From Eledone cirrhosa (Eukaryota), in NCBI GenBank assembly GCA_964016885.1, contig OZ024760.1, positions 7,998,001 to 8,062,000 of the forward strand: 64,000 nt of DNA, in the 5' to 3' direction. The notes beneath the pieces are model-generated. The model saw only the letters and a list, made by a program, of their open reading frames with translations, ran no database searches and was not told where the DNA came from. Positions 38,577 through 51,544 of the stretch are shown here, piece after piece; position 1 is the stretch's first letter, and the number at the start of each line of letters is the position of its first letter. Made by a program: the position numbers and the translations under genes.

Positions 38577-41500
38577 GAGCTGTAGCTGTGTGTGTGGAGC
38601 AGTTGTGTGTGTGGAGTAACTGTATGTGTGGAGCTGTATGTGTGTGTGTGGAGTAGCTGTATGTGTGGAGCAGTTGTGTGTGTGGAGTAACTGTATGTGT
38701 GTAGCTGTATGTGTGGAGCAGTTGTGTGTGGAGTAGCTGTATGTGTGTGTGGAGCTGTGTGTGTGTGTGGAGCTGTGTGTGGAGTAGTTGTATGTGTGGA
38801 GCTGTGTGTGTGTGTGTGGAGTAGCTGTATGTGTGGAGCAGTTGTGTATGTGTGTAGTAGCTGTATGTGTGTGTGGAGCTGTGTGTGGAGCTGTGTGTGT
38901 GTGTGTGGAGTAACTATGTGTGGGGCAGTTGTGTGTGTGCGTGGAGCTGTGTGTGTGTGTGTGGAGTAGCTGTATGTGTGGAGCTGTGTGTGTGTGTGGA
39001 GTAGCTGTATGTGTGTGGAGCAGTTGTGTGTGTGTGGAGTAGCTGTATGTGTGGAGCTGTGTGTGTGTGTGGAGTAGCTGTATGTGTGTGGAGCAGTTGT
39101 GTGTGTGTGGAGTAGCTGTATGTGTGGAGCTGTGTGTGTGAGTGGAGTAGCTGTATGTGTGTGTGAGTGGAGTAGCTGTGTGTGTGTGTGTGGAGTAGCT
39201 GTGTGTGTATGTGTGGAGCTGTGTGTGTGTGTGGAGTAGCTGTATGTGTGGAGCAGTTGTGTGTGTGTGGAGTAGTTGTGTGTGGAGTAGCTGTGTGTGT
39301 GTGTGGAGTAACTGTATGTGTGGAGCTGTGTGTGTGGAGTAGCTGTGTGTGTGTGTGGAGTAACTGTATGTGTGGAGCTGTGTGTGTGGAGTAGCTGTAT
39401 GTGTGGAGCAGTTGTGTGTGTGTGTGTGGAGCTGTGTGTGTGGAGTAGCTGTATGTGTAGTAGCTGTATGTGTGGAGCAGTTGTGTGTGTGTGTGGAGTA
39501 GCTGTATGTGTGTGTGTGTGTGTGTGGAGCTGTGTGTGTGTGGAGTAGCTGTGTGTGTGGAGTAACTGTATGTGTGGGGCAGTTGTGTGTGTGTAGTAGT
39601 TGTATGTGTGGAGTAGTTGTGTGTGTGTGGAGCAGTTGTGTGTGTGTGGAGCTGTGTGTGTGTGTGGAGCAGTTGTGTGTGTGTGTGGAGTAGCTGTATA
39701 TGTGGAGCAGTTGTGTGTGTGTGGAGTAGTTGTATGTGTGTGTGGAGCTGTGAGTGGAGTAGCTGTGAGTGGAGTAGCTGTATGTGTGGAGCAGTTGTGT
39801 GTGTGTGGAGTAGCTGTATGTGTGGAGCAGTTGTGTGTGTGTGTGGAGTAGTTGTATGTGTGTGTGGAGCTGTGAGTGGAGTAGCTGTGAGTGGAGTAGC
39901 TGTGTGTGGAGTAGCTGTATGTGTGGAGCAGTTGTGTGTGTGTGGAGTAGCTGTATGTGTGTGTGGAGCTGTGAGTGGAGTAGCTGTGTGTGGAGTAGCT
40001 GTATGTGTGGAGCAGTTGTGTGTGTGTGGAGTAGCTGTATGTGTGGAGCAGTTGTGTGTGTGTGTGGAGTAGTTGTATGTGTGTGTGGAGCTGTGAGTGG
40101 AGTAGCTGTGAGTGGAGTAGCTGTATGTGTGGAGCAGTTGTGTGTGTGTGGAGTAGCTGTATGTGTGGAGCAGTTGTGTGTGTGTGTGGAGTAGTTGTAT
40201 GTGTGTGTGGAGCTGTGAGTGGAGTAGCTGTGAGTGGAGTAGCTGTATGTGTGGAGCAGTTGTGTGTGTGTGGAGTAGCTGTATGTGTGGAGCAGTTGTG
40301 TGTGTGTGGAGTAGCTGTATGTGTGGAGCAGTTGTGTGTGTGTGTGGAGTAGTTGTATGTGTGTGTGGAGCTGTGAGTGGAGTAGCTGTGAGTGGAGTAG
40401 CTGTATGTGTGGAGCAGTTGTGTGTGTGTGGAGTAGTTGTATGTGTGTGTGGAGCTGTGAGTGGAGTAGCTGTGAGTGGAGTAGCTGTATGTGTGGAGCA
40501 GTTGTGTGTGTGTGGAGTAGTTGTATGTGTGTGTGGAGCTGTGAGTGGAGTAGCTGTGAGTGGAGTAGCTGTATGTGTGGAGCAGTTGTGTGTGTGTGGA
40601 GTAGTTGTATGTGTGTGTGGAGCTGTGAGTGGAGTAGCTGTGAGTGGAGTAACTGTATGTGTGGAGCAGTTGTGTGTGTGTGGAGTAGTTGTATGTGTGT
40701 GTGGAGCTGTGAGTGGAGTAGCTGTGAGTGGAGTAGCTGTATGTGTGGAGCAGTTGTGTGTGTGTGGAGTAGCTGTATGTGTGGAGCAGTTGTGTGTGTG
40801 TGGAGTAGCTGTATGTGTGGAGCAGTTGTGTGTGTGTGGAGTAGCTGTATGTGTGTGTGGAGCTGTGAGTGGAGTAGCTGTGTGTGGAGTAGCTGTATGT
40901 GTGGAGCAGTTGTGTGTGTGTGGAGTAGCTGTATGTGTGGAGCAGTTGTGTGTGTGTGGAGTAGCTGTATGTGTGTGTGGAGCTGTGAGTGGAGTAGCTG
41001 TGTGTGGAGTAGCTGTATGTGTGGAGCAGTTGTGTGTGTGTGTGGAGTAGTTGTATGTGTGTGTGGAGCTGTGAGTGGAGTAGCTGTGAGTGGAGTAGCT
41101 GTATGTGTGGAGCAGTTGTGTGTGTGTGGAGTAGCTGTATGTGTGTGTGGAGCTGTGAGTGGAGTAGCTGTGTGTGGAGTAGCTGTATGTGTGGAGCAGT
41201 TGTGTGTGTGTGTGGAGTAGTTGTATGTGTGTGTGGAGCTGTGAGTGGAGTAGCTGTGAGTGGAGTAGCTGTATGTGTGGAGCAGTTGTGTGTGTGTGGA
41301 GTAGCTGTATGTGTGGAGCAGTTGTGTGTGTGTGGAGTAGCTGTATGTGTGGAGCAGTTGTGTGTGTGTGTGGAGTAGCTGTATGTGTGTGTGGAGCTGT
41401 GAGTGGAGTAGCTGTGTGTGGAGCAGTTGTGTGTGTGTGGAGTAGCTGTATGTGTGGAGCAGTTGTGTGTGTGTGGAGTAGCTGTATGTGTGGAGCAGTT

Positions 41501-41848
41501 GTGTGTGTGTGGAGTAGCTGTATGTGTGTGTGGAGCTGTGAGTGGAGTAGCTGTGTGTGGAGTAGCTGTATGTGTGGAGCAGTTGTGTGTGTGTGGAGTA
41601 GCTGTATGTGTGTGTGGAGCTGTGAGTGGAGTAGCTGTGTGTGGAGTAGCTGTATGTGTGGAGCAGTTGTGTGTGTGTGGAGTAGCTGTATGTGTGTGTG
41701 GAGCTGTGAGTGGAGTAGCTGTGTGTGGAGTAGTTGTATGTGTGTGTGGAGTAGCTGTATGTGTGTGTGGAGCTGTGTGAGTGGAGTAGCTGTGTGAGTG
41801 TGTGTATGTGTATGGAGTAGCTGTGTGTGTGTATGTGTATATAGTAGT

Positions 41849-41882
<34 letters not shown>
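38577..41882. repeat. (GT)n-based compound satellite
   Basis: Modules GGAGTAGCTGT, GGAGCAGTTGT and GGAGCTGT separated by GT runs. Confidence 0.95.
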
Positions 41883-41883
<1 letters not shown>

Positions 41884-42638
41884 CACCAATGATGTTACTA
41901 AATGGTATTGTGTCTTATTGATGAGTAGTCTTTACAGAAGTAAGTTATGATTCATCACAGTCCAATAAACCAGACAGTGACAAACTGGTGCACTACTTAA
42001 CAATGGGGGTAGTGCCTAATACTGGGATATAGCACAGAGAACGTGTAGGTAGGGGGTGGGGGCTAGATATGTATATGTTGTGTCATCATCATCATCATCA
42101 TCATATGTATGTTTATTTATATGTATGTATATGTGTGTGTTTGTATCATTTTCGTCATCACCATTTAACCCTTTACCATTCACATTACTCTATATTTACT
42201 ATTGTATTTTCATGGTAGACGCTTTATTTCACATTATAATCATCTCACATAATATCGAATCTACGAAATTTTGATATTATTTATTTTGAGAACAATACCT
42301 TAACATAAGTATGAGCTGCCAGTTACGGACGCTTTGAACAGAAAGAGGTGAGAGAATTCTGGCTGGATATGGCCAGTTTAAATGCTAAAAAGGTTAATGT
42401 CCCATTTTCCACGTTAGCATGGAATAGAAGGGTTGTCCTATCTGAGGCAAGTCAAGGTCAGATGACCATGTCACCCCCACCCCCACCCCTTATATATATA
42501 TATATAGTTTCCGAAGAAGACGGTATGATCGAACCCATATATTATGTCTGATAGTATACAGTTCTGTAACTGCTATAGATCGTAAAACAATGAATGAGAT
42601 ATGTAAACTAACTTGCCTTTGTTATTGTTAAATAGACA

Positions 42639-42830
42639 GGGCGGTGGATTGGCAGTATCGGTAGAGAGTCGGACGCCATGCTTTCCAGCATAGTTACGTC
42701 CCTTTACGATCCGAGTTCAAATCCCGCCGAGGTTGACTTTGCCTTTCATCCTTACGGGGTCGATAAAATAAAAAACCAGTAATGCACTGGGTAATTGCTG
42801 GCCTTGTGCCTAAAGTGGAAACAGTTATTG
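42639..42830 (+). mobile_element. tRNA-derived SINE family B (copies at 2078-2275, 7800-7990 -, 10345-10518, 26640-26790, 61808-61946, 62600-62775 -, others)
   Basis: A box TGGCAGTATCGG, B box GTTCAAATC, central GCCTTTCATCCTTACGGGGTCGATAAAATAAAGTACC. Confidence 0.85.
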
Positions 42831-43078
42831 TTAAATAGACTAATATGTAATATATATACATATATATATATAACGAAGGAAGTGTGGTAAGGAACCAGGT
42901 GGACCATAACGACCTGAGTACTCGATACTTTGGGTAGTAGAGTGGGTAATAGGAAAAGGTTCAGGGCCCCGACGGCAGAGCTCAAGCCGTTTCGACTGTG
43001 ATTTCGGGGTCCTGAACCTTTTCCTATATATATCCAGCTGGCGAAGAAACAACACCACGCATTCGGCCGACCCCCTGT

Positions 43079-43109
<31 letters not shown>

Positions 43110-43595
43110 CCGTTTTACGTCCGTTCTTCCACGCTAGCATGGGTTAGACGGGTTGTCCTGTTGTGGGCAGTGTCTGGTCGGCTGACCATGCCTTGCTCAT
43201 ACAGGAACTGATCTGGCTTGATTTCTACAGCTGGATGCCCTTCCTAACACCAACCTCATTTACAGTGAGTGCTGGGTGCTTTTTTTCCGTGGCGCCTACA
43301 CGTCCACTTTACAGTGTGGGCTGGGTGCTTTTTTGCCGTGGCACCTCCACGACCACCTTGCGGTGGGGGCATATTGTTTATATGCTTCAGCTTGTACCCA
43401 TGGGTCGGGTACTCTGTATTACTGCGTGACGCCAGAAGTCACGGTCGTGTGTCATTGTCTTTGAGAGGTGTAATTGGGTTGTCATTGTCTTTGAGAGGTG
43501 TAATTGGGTTGTCATTGTCTTTGAGAGGTGTAAAAAGAAAATCTTTTTTCAGGGAAATTATTAGATTTTTCCAAATTTTAAAGGTTTATTTTATG

Positions 43596-43660
43596 TTTTG
43601 CCATCTGAAGAGCTGAGGCTGTCATAATTGATAGTCCTCAGTGAAATATGTATAACAGAG
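43596..43660 (+). ncRNA. Hammerhead-like motif (degenerate copy on - at about 51965-52030)
   Basis: CTGAAGA G CTGAGG-CTGTCA-TAAT-TGATAG-T-CCTCAG T GAAA TATG TA; helix I imperfect. Confidence 0.6.
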
Positions 43661-45999
43661 TTTTAAATAAACCTGAATCAACTGAATATGGCCTCCGATC
43701 TTTTATTAATATGATGATGATGATGATGATATATATATACTTAGTTTACTCAGCTGTAGAAATGAGATGATAGGGACTGGGGTCCCTATCATTCCACTGC
43801 AAAGTGGTTGTGTAGGTGCCACGGAAAAAAAGCACCCAGTACTCACTGTAAATGAGGTTAGTGTTAGGAAGGGCATCCAGCTGTAGAAATCAAGCCAGAA
43901 TCAGTTCCCGTCCCACCCTTGCAAGCAGGGAAAAGCGGACGTAAAATGATGATGATGATGATGAATATATTAATAAATGGAAACTATATTTATAAAACCA
44001 TAATTATTTTATTATATATATTTCAAGGGCAACCAAGGCAAATTATGGTGTGCTTTCATCAGCTAAAATACAAAATTTGTTTTATAAATAGTGACATAGC
44101 CATGGAAAACAACCTTGACGGTTGAAAATTCCCAACAAATTAAATATAACTTCTGCATATATATATATATAAATATATAAAAGCAGATCATCATCATCAT
44201 CATCATCAACGTTTAACGTCCGTGTTCCACGCTTGCATGGGTTTGGACGGGGGTATACCCACTTGAGGCAAGAGTTATTGTCTTGCTCGCATAGGACTGT
44301 CTGGCAGGTTTTCTACAGTTGGATGCCCTTCCTAACACCAACCACATTTACAGTGTGGGTCTGGGAGGTTTTTACCGTGTTGCCTACACGGCCACATTAC
44401 AGCGTGGACTGTGTGTTTTTTTGTCGTGACACCTACACGATCTCATTTGTTTCGACCTGGATGGTGCGGCACCAACCAGATAAATATATAAAAGCAGATA
44501 GTAGAGAAGAAAAAGATTTTTTCAGTAGAAAATGCTGAAGAGATTCTTTCAGTATAATATCAAAACATTTATTTATAAAGTGGATATTTCCGCATTTAAT
44601 AATACCAGTTTCAGCATTATATGCTTTTCAACTGCGGATATGCATAATGTAGTTATGTTGCATATTTCTACGAACAATAAAAAGGGGAAGAAAAATTATT
44701 AGTTTTTACATACATATTAATAATAATAATAATAATAATAATAATGAAATTATTGTGTACAGTGCTCAGGTGCACTACAACTCATCAAAGGTGCATGTAT
44801 AGTACATAGAATAATGTACAAATGTCAGGAAAATGAACAGTGTATGAATCATGATATAATAATAATAATAATAATAATGAAATTATTGTGTACAGTGCTC
44901 AGGTGCACCACAACTCATCAAAGGTGCATGTTTCGAGAGGAGAGTTCATATCTCTGTCCGTGTTTGTCCTTCGTTCTCTGTTAGTTGGCTGACACATCCA
45001 TCAGAGCATGTTGGCTTCATTTCTTTCCAACCTTCAAGTATTCTCTGCAGTTGCTGCCCATGTCTCACTACCATGCAGCATCGCGCATCTCACACGAATG
45101 CGAAAATATATCTAATCATCATCATCATCATCATCATCACCGTTTTACGTCCGTTCTTCCTCGCTAGCATGGGTTAGACGGGTTGTCCTGTTGTGTGCAG
45201 TGTCTGGTCGGCTGACCATGCCTTGCTCATACAGGAACTGATTTGGCTTGATTTCTACAGCTGGATGCCCTTCCTAACACCAACCTCATTTACAGTGAGT
45301 GCTGGGTGCTTTTTTTCCGTGGCGCCTACACGTCCACTTTACAGTGTGGGCTGGGTGCTTTTTTGCCGTGGCACCTCCACGACCACCTTGCGGTGGGGGG
45401 TGTGGGGGCATATATAATATGTAACAAAATCATGCTTTGGTGAATTTTGTTGTGAAATTATGGTGTATTTTTGTATCGCATTTAACATTCCCCATTTTCG
45501 ATATCAATTTGCCATGTTGTCACCTTAAGATATTTAAAGGCAAATGAGACAGCCGCAATCCTCTTTTCGTTCTCGCCCAACCTCCACGAGGATCACCGAA
45601 TGACTGCTAACTGTGTGTGGCCAATTTTGGCCAGCAACGCATACAGAAGCCTGTCAGAGCTCTCTTCATTTACTCTCTAGCTTGCTCTTCACACACATCT
45701 TTAGCCCATTCGCTCTATTTCATATTACAATTTACGCAGTCATCAATCAACATACAACATTTTCTAACTTCCAATCAACTGACCTTTCGTTTGTAGGGAG
45801 AAACCCTATATATATATTTAGGGATTGCAACGTCCAGTTACTGTAGGTTCACCAGAGTAATTCTGTCATAACCTTAACAGTCCAACAAGCTTTTGATTCC
45901 AGAGTCGCGCCAGATCCTGAAATGCAAGTCACACCTCCATAAACATAATGAAGATCTAACACTTCATCCTTTTTATTATTAGTATATATATGTATATAT

Positions 46000-47680
46000 C
46001 ATCATCATCATCATCATCATTTTACGTCCGCTTTTCCCTGCTTGCAAGGGTGGGACGGGTCTTATTCAGCATAGCATCTCTCCACTCGTCACGGTCCTTC
46101 GTCATCTCCACCGTGAGCTTCAATGATCTGAGGTCTGTTCTCACCACCTTCGCCCATGTTTTTCATGGTCTACCTCTACCACGTCTTCCTTCTACTGGCA
46201 TTTCCTGGCACTTCTTCACCCATCGGTCATCCTCCATGCGCATCACATGTCCATACCACCTCAGTCTCCTCTCTCGTACACTACATTCTATCCCTCTCAG
46301 ACACAGTTTCTCTCTCAACACATTTATGCTGGGTCGTTCACGCACATTTACACTGCACATCCAACGGAGCATGCTTGCCTCATTTCTCTCCAGCCGTCGC
46401 ATATCCTCTGCAGTTGCTTCCCATGCCTGACTACCATGCAGCATCGCACTCCTCACACAGGCATCATACAACCAGCCTTTCGTACGCAGGGAGAAACCCT
46501 TCTTCGTCAACAGAGGAAGCAGCTCCCTAAACTTCTTCCAACCCGTCCTTATTCTAGATATTATGGCCTCGGAACACCCTCCTCCCATGCTAATCTGATC
46601 TCCTAGGCACCGGAAGCTATCTACCACTTCTATAGCGCCCTCCTGCATTTGAAAAATGTGTCTATCAATGCGACTTCTACTGTCTAATTTCCCTGTACAT
46701 CTACTGCATACATATTTCTCCCTACCTGTTAGTTTGCCTGCTATCCCGCTACATCTCTTGTGTACCCAGGATCTGCATTGTGTGCATTTTATAGAATTTA
46801 TGCCAGTTCCTTTTCTGCATATCGAACATGGCCATTTCCCTGATGGAATCAGGATTTTGTCCTCTTTTCTACTCATCAACACTTTTGTCTTAGCTAGATT
46901 CACTCTCAGTCCTCTTGCTTCCAACTGCTGTTTCCATAGCCAAAATTTATTCTCTAGCTCCTCTACTGATTCTGCTATAAGAACCAGATTGTCAGCATAG
47001 AGAAGTTCCCATGGACAGCCAGTCTTAAACTCCTCTGTTATGGTTTGGAGGACTATAATGAGCAAGAACGGGCTGAGGACCGAACCCTGATGTACTCCTA
47101 CTTGTATCTGGAATTCCTCACTAAACTCCATTCCTACCCTGACTTTACTGACAGTACCTCTGTACAAAGTTTGCACTGTCCTCACAAGCCATTCCTCAAC
47201 ACCTAGCTTCCTTAGGGACCACCAGATGACAGATCGGGGTACCCTATCAAAGGCCTTCTCTAGGTCAACAAAGGCTCAGTATAGTGGCTTATTCTTCTCT
47301 AAGAACCTCTCTTGCAATTGTCTCACCAAGAAGAGGGCATCTGTTGTACTCTTCCCAGGCACAAAACCAAACTGCATCTCATCTAGTTTGACCCTTTCTC
47401 TAATTAGTTGTGCTAATATCCTTTCTGCCACTTTCATAACCTGATCTATCAGTTTTATACCCCTATAATTGCTCCTCTCCAGAGCATCCCCTTTACCTTT
47501 GTAGCAATTTATGAGAATACTGCTGCACCAGTCTTTGGGTATGACACCACCATATATAGCCTGATTGATGTCTTCTGCATCTCAGCAACTATTCCCGATG
47601 GTCCAGCAGCCTTACCATTTTTCATTTCCCTAATCGCCTCTTGGACCCTATATTCGTCAATCTCAATAGCTGGTCCCTCT
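46000..47680 (-). mobile_element. 5'-truncated RTE-clade LINE (RT region, disrupted)
   Basis: GKAAGPSG, FVDLEKAFDRVP, GVHQGSVLSP, LLYADNL (YADD mutated), RLRWYGHVMR, GRRGRGRP; stops and frameshifts; (TGA)n tail. Confidence 0.92.
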
Positions 47681-47720
47681 GTAAATGACAATGTAAATGA
47701 CAATCAAAGAGTGTTTAAAA

Positions 47721-48041
47721 GAGGAGCGTGCAACAGGCGGCCTGCAGGCCACAATCCGGCCTGCTAGACCAGTCAGAGTGGCCCGCGATGACTGTTTTTA
47801 ATTTTTACCTTGTAGGCTTATTTAGAATTTTTTTCGAAACCATAATGCAATTTTCTGTTAGTTGACCAATATTAAAGGACTTCACTGATAGGGTTATGTG
47901 TGTTATATAATTTCCCAGTTCCATGTTATGGAAAGAAGTTGTGGTGAATCTTTGGAATAGTGCTTAATAAATATTAATGGCCCTAATAGTTGTTCCAATG
48001 TTCAAAAGTGGCCTGCCAATGGAATATGTTGCAGACCCCTG
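47721..48041. mobile_element. hAT-type MITE
   Basis: 8-bp TSD GTTTAAAA (47713-47720 and 48042-48049); imperfect TIR ending GTTGCAGACCCCTG; empty site visible in the opposite arm of the host inverted repeat (about 48500-48527). Confidence 0.8.
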
Positions 48042-48444
48042 GTTTAAAACATTTAATCACTTATGATCGTTTCATCCTAGCACAAGACCGGATACATCAG
48101 AGTAGATAACAAAGGTCAAACACAAATATAATATCAGAACTTTGTCACAAGAACATTAGGAGAATACATAATATGGAAGGCTAGATAAGTATAAGTATCA
48201 ACATGTATATAAGATAACAGAGGTGGATAAGAGCATATAAATGCAATAAAAATTAGAAGCAGATAAAAGCATTAAAAATTAAAAATTAAAAAACATACTG
48301 TTACAGAAAAATTATAAAACTTCTTCCACCTCTGTTATCTTATATACATGTTGATACTTATACTTATCTAGCCTCCCATATTATGTATCTGCCTAATGTT
48401 CTTGTGACAAAGGTTTGATATTATATTTGTGTTTGACCTTTATT

Positions 48445-48496
48445 ATCTACTCTGATGATACCGGTCTTGTGCTAGGATGAAACAATCATAAGTGAT
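48445..48496 (+). ncRNA. Hammerhead-like motif, decayed (inverted copy on - at about 48056-48107)
   Basis: ATCTACT CTGATGA...GGAT GAAA CAATCA TA AGTGAT; combining the two arms restores the core and an ATCC/GGAT helix II. Confidence 0.55.
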
Positions 48497-48695
48497 TAAA
48501 TGTTTTAAACACTCTTTGATTGTCATTTGTATTGTATTTCAGCTCTGGTATTTTACATTGCACATTAAGCTATTTTCATACTTGTAATTTGGTAATATTT
48601 ATTATTACGCACATTATATCATCATCATCATCATCATCAACGTTTAACGTCCGTGTTCCATGCTTGCATGGGTTTGATATATTTATATATAGTTC

Positions 48696-48743
<48 letters not shown>

Positions 48744-49044
48744 TAGTGTAGGCAGTATGGTGAAATACTGGTGTTGGTACCAAATCAAGCATTCTATGCT
48801 CAGGCAGAGTGTATATAATAGAAAAAAATGAGTAAGTTCGTTTACATATGAAAAATATTTATTCGTATCGACCTGTTACATGTGTTTCACAGAGGATTGG
48901 CTCAAGGTAACCCATAGGAGTTATGGACCTGACTCCAGTATCGATCTGCTCCTCAGACTGGTGATGTGACAAAAGATATATAAGAAAATATGTCTTATAT
49001 ATCTTATATATCAAAAATATATCTTATATATTTTTTGTCACATC

Positions 49045-49136
49045 ACCAGTCTGAGGAGCAGATCGATACTGGAGTCAGGTCCATAACCCTTATGGGTCAC
49101 CTTGAGCCAATCCTCTGTGAAACACACGTAACAGGT
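49045..49136 (+). ncRNA. Type I hammerhead ribozyme with long helix II insertion (inverted copy at 48871-48962 on -)
   Basis: ACCAGT CTGAGGA GCAGA...TCTGT GAAA CACACG TA ACAGGT. Confidence 0.7.
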
Positions 49137-49418
49137 TGATACGCAATGAATATTTTTCATATGTAAACAAAACTTCCTCATTTTTTCTATTATATATATA
49201 TATATGCATATTTATTAAAATTAAAATAACAGATTAAAGTAACAGATTAAGCAAAGAATTGCAGCTTTCACCCTTAACGGTTTTTATATATAATCCTTAT
49301 CGAGCCCTCTTTGGATTTTAGTCTTCATATTTTTTATTATTACTATATATATGCATATATATGTGTGTGTGTATATATATTTGTTCAATTCTGTTATATG
49401 TACAAATATCTGTTGTAG

Positions 49419-49581
49419 GCAACTGAAAAATCCAGAAACGGGGATTGATGTCTCCGTACCAGCAGTTGAGGAAAGTGGAGGATTATTAGTTAAAACTGTG
49501 GTGTATCAAGTTACCGTAGTAACCAATTTGGCAATATTCAAGTCTCCAAAGCACAAAGAATCTGACGTTGTTCAGTTTGTG
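49419..49581 (+). CDS. HS1BP3: HS1BP3 exon 2 (PX domain, N-terminal half)
   Basis: QLKNPETGIDVSVPAVEE...YQVTVVTNLAIFKSPKHKESDVVQFV, matching the HS1BP3 FKSxKH..DVVQF motif; tgtag/gtgagt boundaries. Confidence 0.92.
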
Positions 49582-49624
49582 GTGAGTTATTATATATATA
49601 TATATCATCATTGTGATCCCAGTT

Positions 49625-51075
49625 GAACATTCCTGACAAAGTCTCCCTTCCTCTACTGTGTCTCCCATTCGTTGGTTCCCATAGTAGACAGATAGATCAT
49701 TATCATGATTGCGACCACAATCAAACATTACTGACAAAATCTCTCCACAATTTATGCAGGAGCATCAATGAAGCAAAGTCCTCCCCTGTCATTTTGAATG
49801 TTTTCCATAATATTGTGGTAGGTGTATTTCTGGTCATCCACCAATTGAGTTCATTTTCATCTACAAACTTACGCAAGGCTTGAATATTGTAGCTTGTCTC
49901 CTGAAAAACTTCTTGTTCTACCTCCATTTCTTCATCTGACTCTGGCATCCCACAGTTAACTAATGTACTATTCATTGCCTGAACTCGATGGAACAGGTCG
50001 CAGAGAGCTTGATTGTAAATCCAGGAGGTTTATTCCATATACATATTGCCATGATGTCTTCGGGCTAGATGTAGATAGTCATCCAACATATTGTTTTTGT
50101 ACTCCTGCCAGAGTAGATGAGCTTTATCAATTCCACATGCTGTGAGTATAGTAGCAAACAACTATCTTATTTGACTGGTTACTCAAGTGTCTGTTGCTTC
50201 TTCTAGGTTCTTCTTCTTCCAATGTCCATTGCGATGCAGGAGTCCATGCTTTTTACATGCTTCTTGGTATGTTACGCACACCCTTCCTCCGAGGTACCTG
50301 AGATTCTGAAATGATTGTCCTTGAACAGTATGCACAAGTAGCTGTAAATAAAAACAGTTTGTGTTGTTGGAGTGGTCATTGTAAACATGCCCAATAGCAT
50401 CACTTGCCTTGGCTTCATGACCTTCCACTAAATGACTCTGCTTCCTTCAATTCCAGGTCTTGCAATTGGTCCAGGTGTAGTATGTTGGGATGTCAACATA
50501 CATCATTCTGGCAAAGTTTTAAAAAAGCAGTTAGAGTAGTGTTAGGTGGTGCTTGTGCCAACTGGTCAGCAGCAGTCTCAGTGAAGTACACTCTGTCCAT
50601 TTGCCAGGTGGACTAATAATATGTTGACCACTGTTGGGTGACATTGGTGGATATTAAATCCAAAGATCTGCCAAATAGCTTCATTGCTGGAGATGTATTG
50701 ACGTGTCTGATAACATTTGACCTCATCCAGCCCACCATCATTGAGTTCTTTGTCAGTAACAAAGGTAGCCATGTCACTGCCCATGTTGAAATATTTTGTG
50801 ACATATAGTATTGTTTTGACAGAACTGCAATACTCAACATTGATATGAACTTTTAGAAGTTTACACAAAAATTTGTTGTGTGGGACTTCCCATTGATTTT
50901 CTATGGTCAGCACCTCCCCTCAAACTGTTAGGCTTGCAGTATTGCCTCTATCTTCTGGTCTACACCTTCGGTAAATGGGGTATCCATCATTTTCAGTCCA
51001 AGTTTCTTGGATAAAAGCTCTAGGATAATATTTGCTGCATTTTTTTATTTTTCATGCAAGGACAGGGTGAATTGA
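49625..51075 (-). mobile_element. Helitron Rep/helicase pseudogene fragment
   Basis: NQWEVPHN, HINVEYCSSVK, DEVKCYQTRQYISSNEAIWQIF, LVHLANGQ, FYLQLLVHTVQG, TYQEACKKHGLL; many frameshifts. Confidence 0.9.
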
Positions 51076-51166
51076 TGATTTATATATTGTCTGTTTACGT
51101 TAACTTTAGAGAGTGAGAGAGGAAAAGTTGAAGAACACCAACACTCACTCACACACACAAACATAT

Positions 51167-51544
51167 ATCATCATCATCATCATCATCATCATTTTACGTC
51201 TGCTTTTCCCTGCTTGCAAGGGTGGGACGGGTCTTATTCAGCACAGCATCTCTCCACTCGTCACACTCCTTCGTCATCTCCACCGTGAGCTTCAATGATC
51301 TGAGGTCTGTTCTCACCACCTCCACCCATGTTTTTCGTGGTCTACCTCTACCACGTCTTCCTTCAACTGGCATTTCCTGGCACTTCTTCACCCATCGGTC
51401 ATCCTCCATGCGCATCACATGTCCATACCACCTCAGTCTCCTCTCCCGTACACTACATGTTATCCCTCTCAGACACAGTTTCTCTCTCAACACATTTATG
51501 CTGGGTCGTTCACGCACATTTACACTGCACATCCAACGGAGCAT
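51167..51544 (-). mobile_element. RTE LINE 3' fragment (shorter copies at 24955-25143 -, 9680-9785 -, 54712-55032 +, 58490-58665 -)
   Basis: Near-identical to 46010-46372, with (TGA)n tail. Confidence 0.9.

Noticed and set aside
38914-41889. 991-aa His/Thr-rich ORF
   Set aside because: Translation of a (CA)n-based compound repeat
44529-44575. CTGAAGA GAT...ATC AAAA hammerhead-like motif on +
   Set aside because: G12 missing and helices I and III unconvincing; could be chance
49625-51075. Domesticated Helitron gene nested in HS1BP3
   Set aside because: Multiple frameshifts, stops and substitutions in conserved motifs indicate a dead fragment
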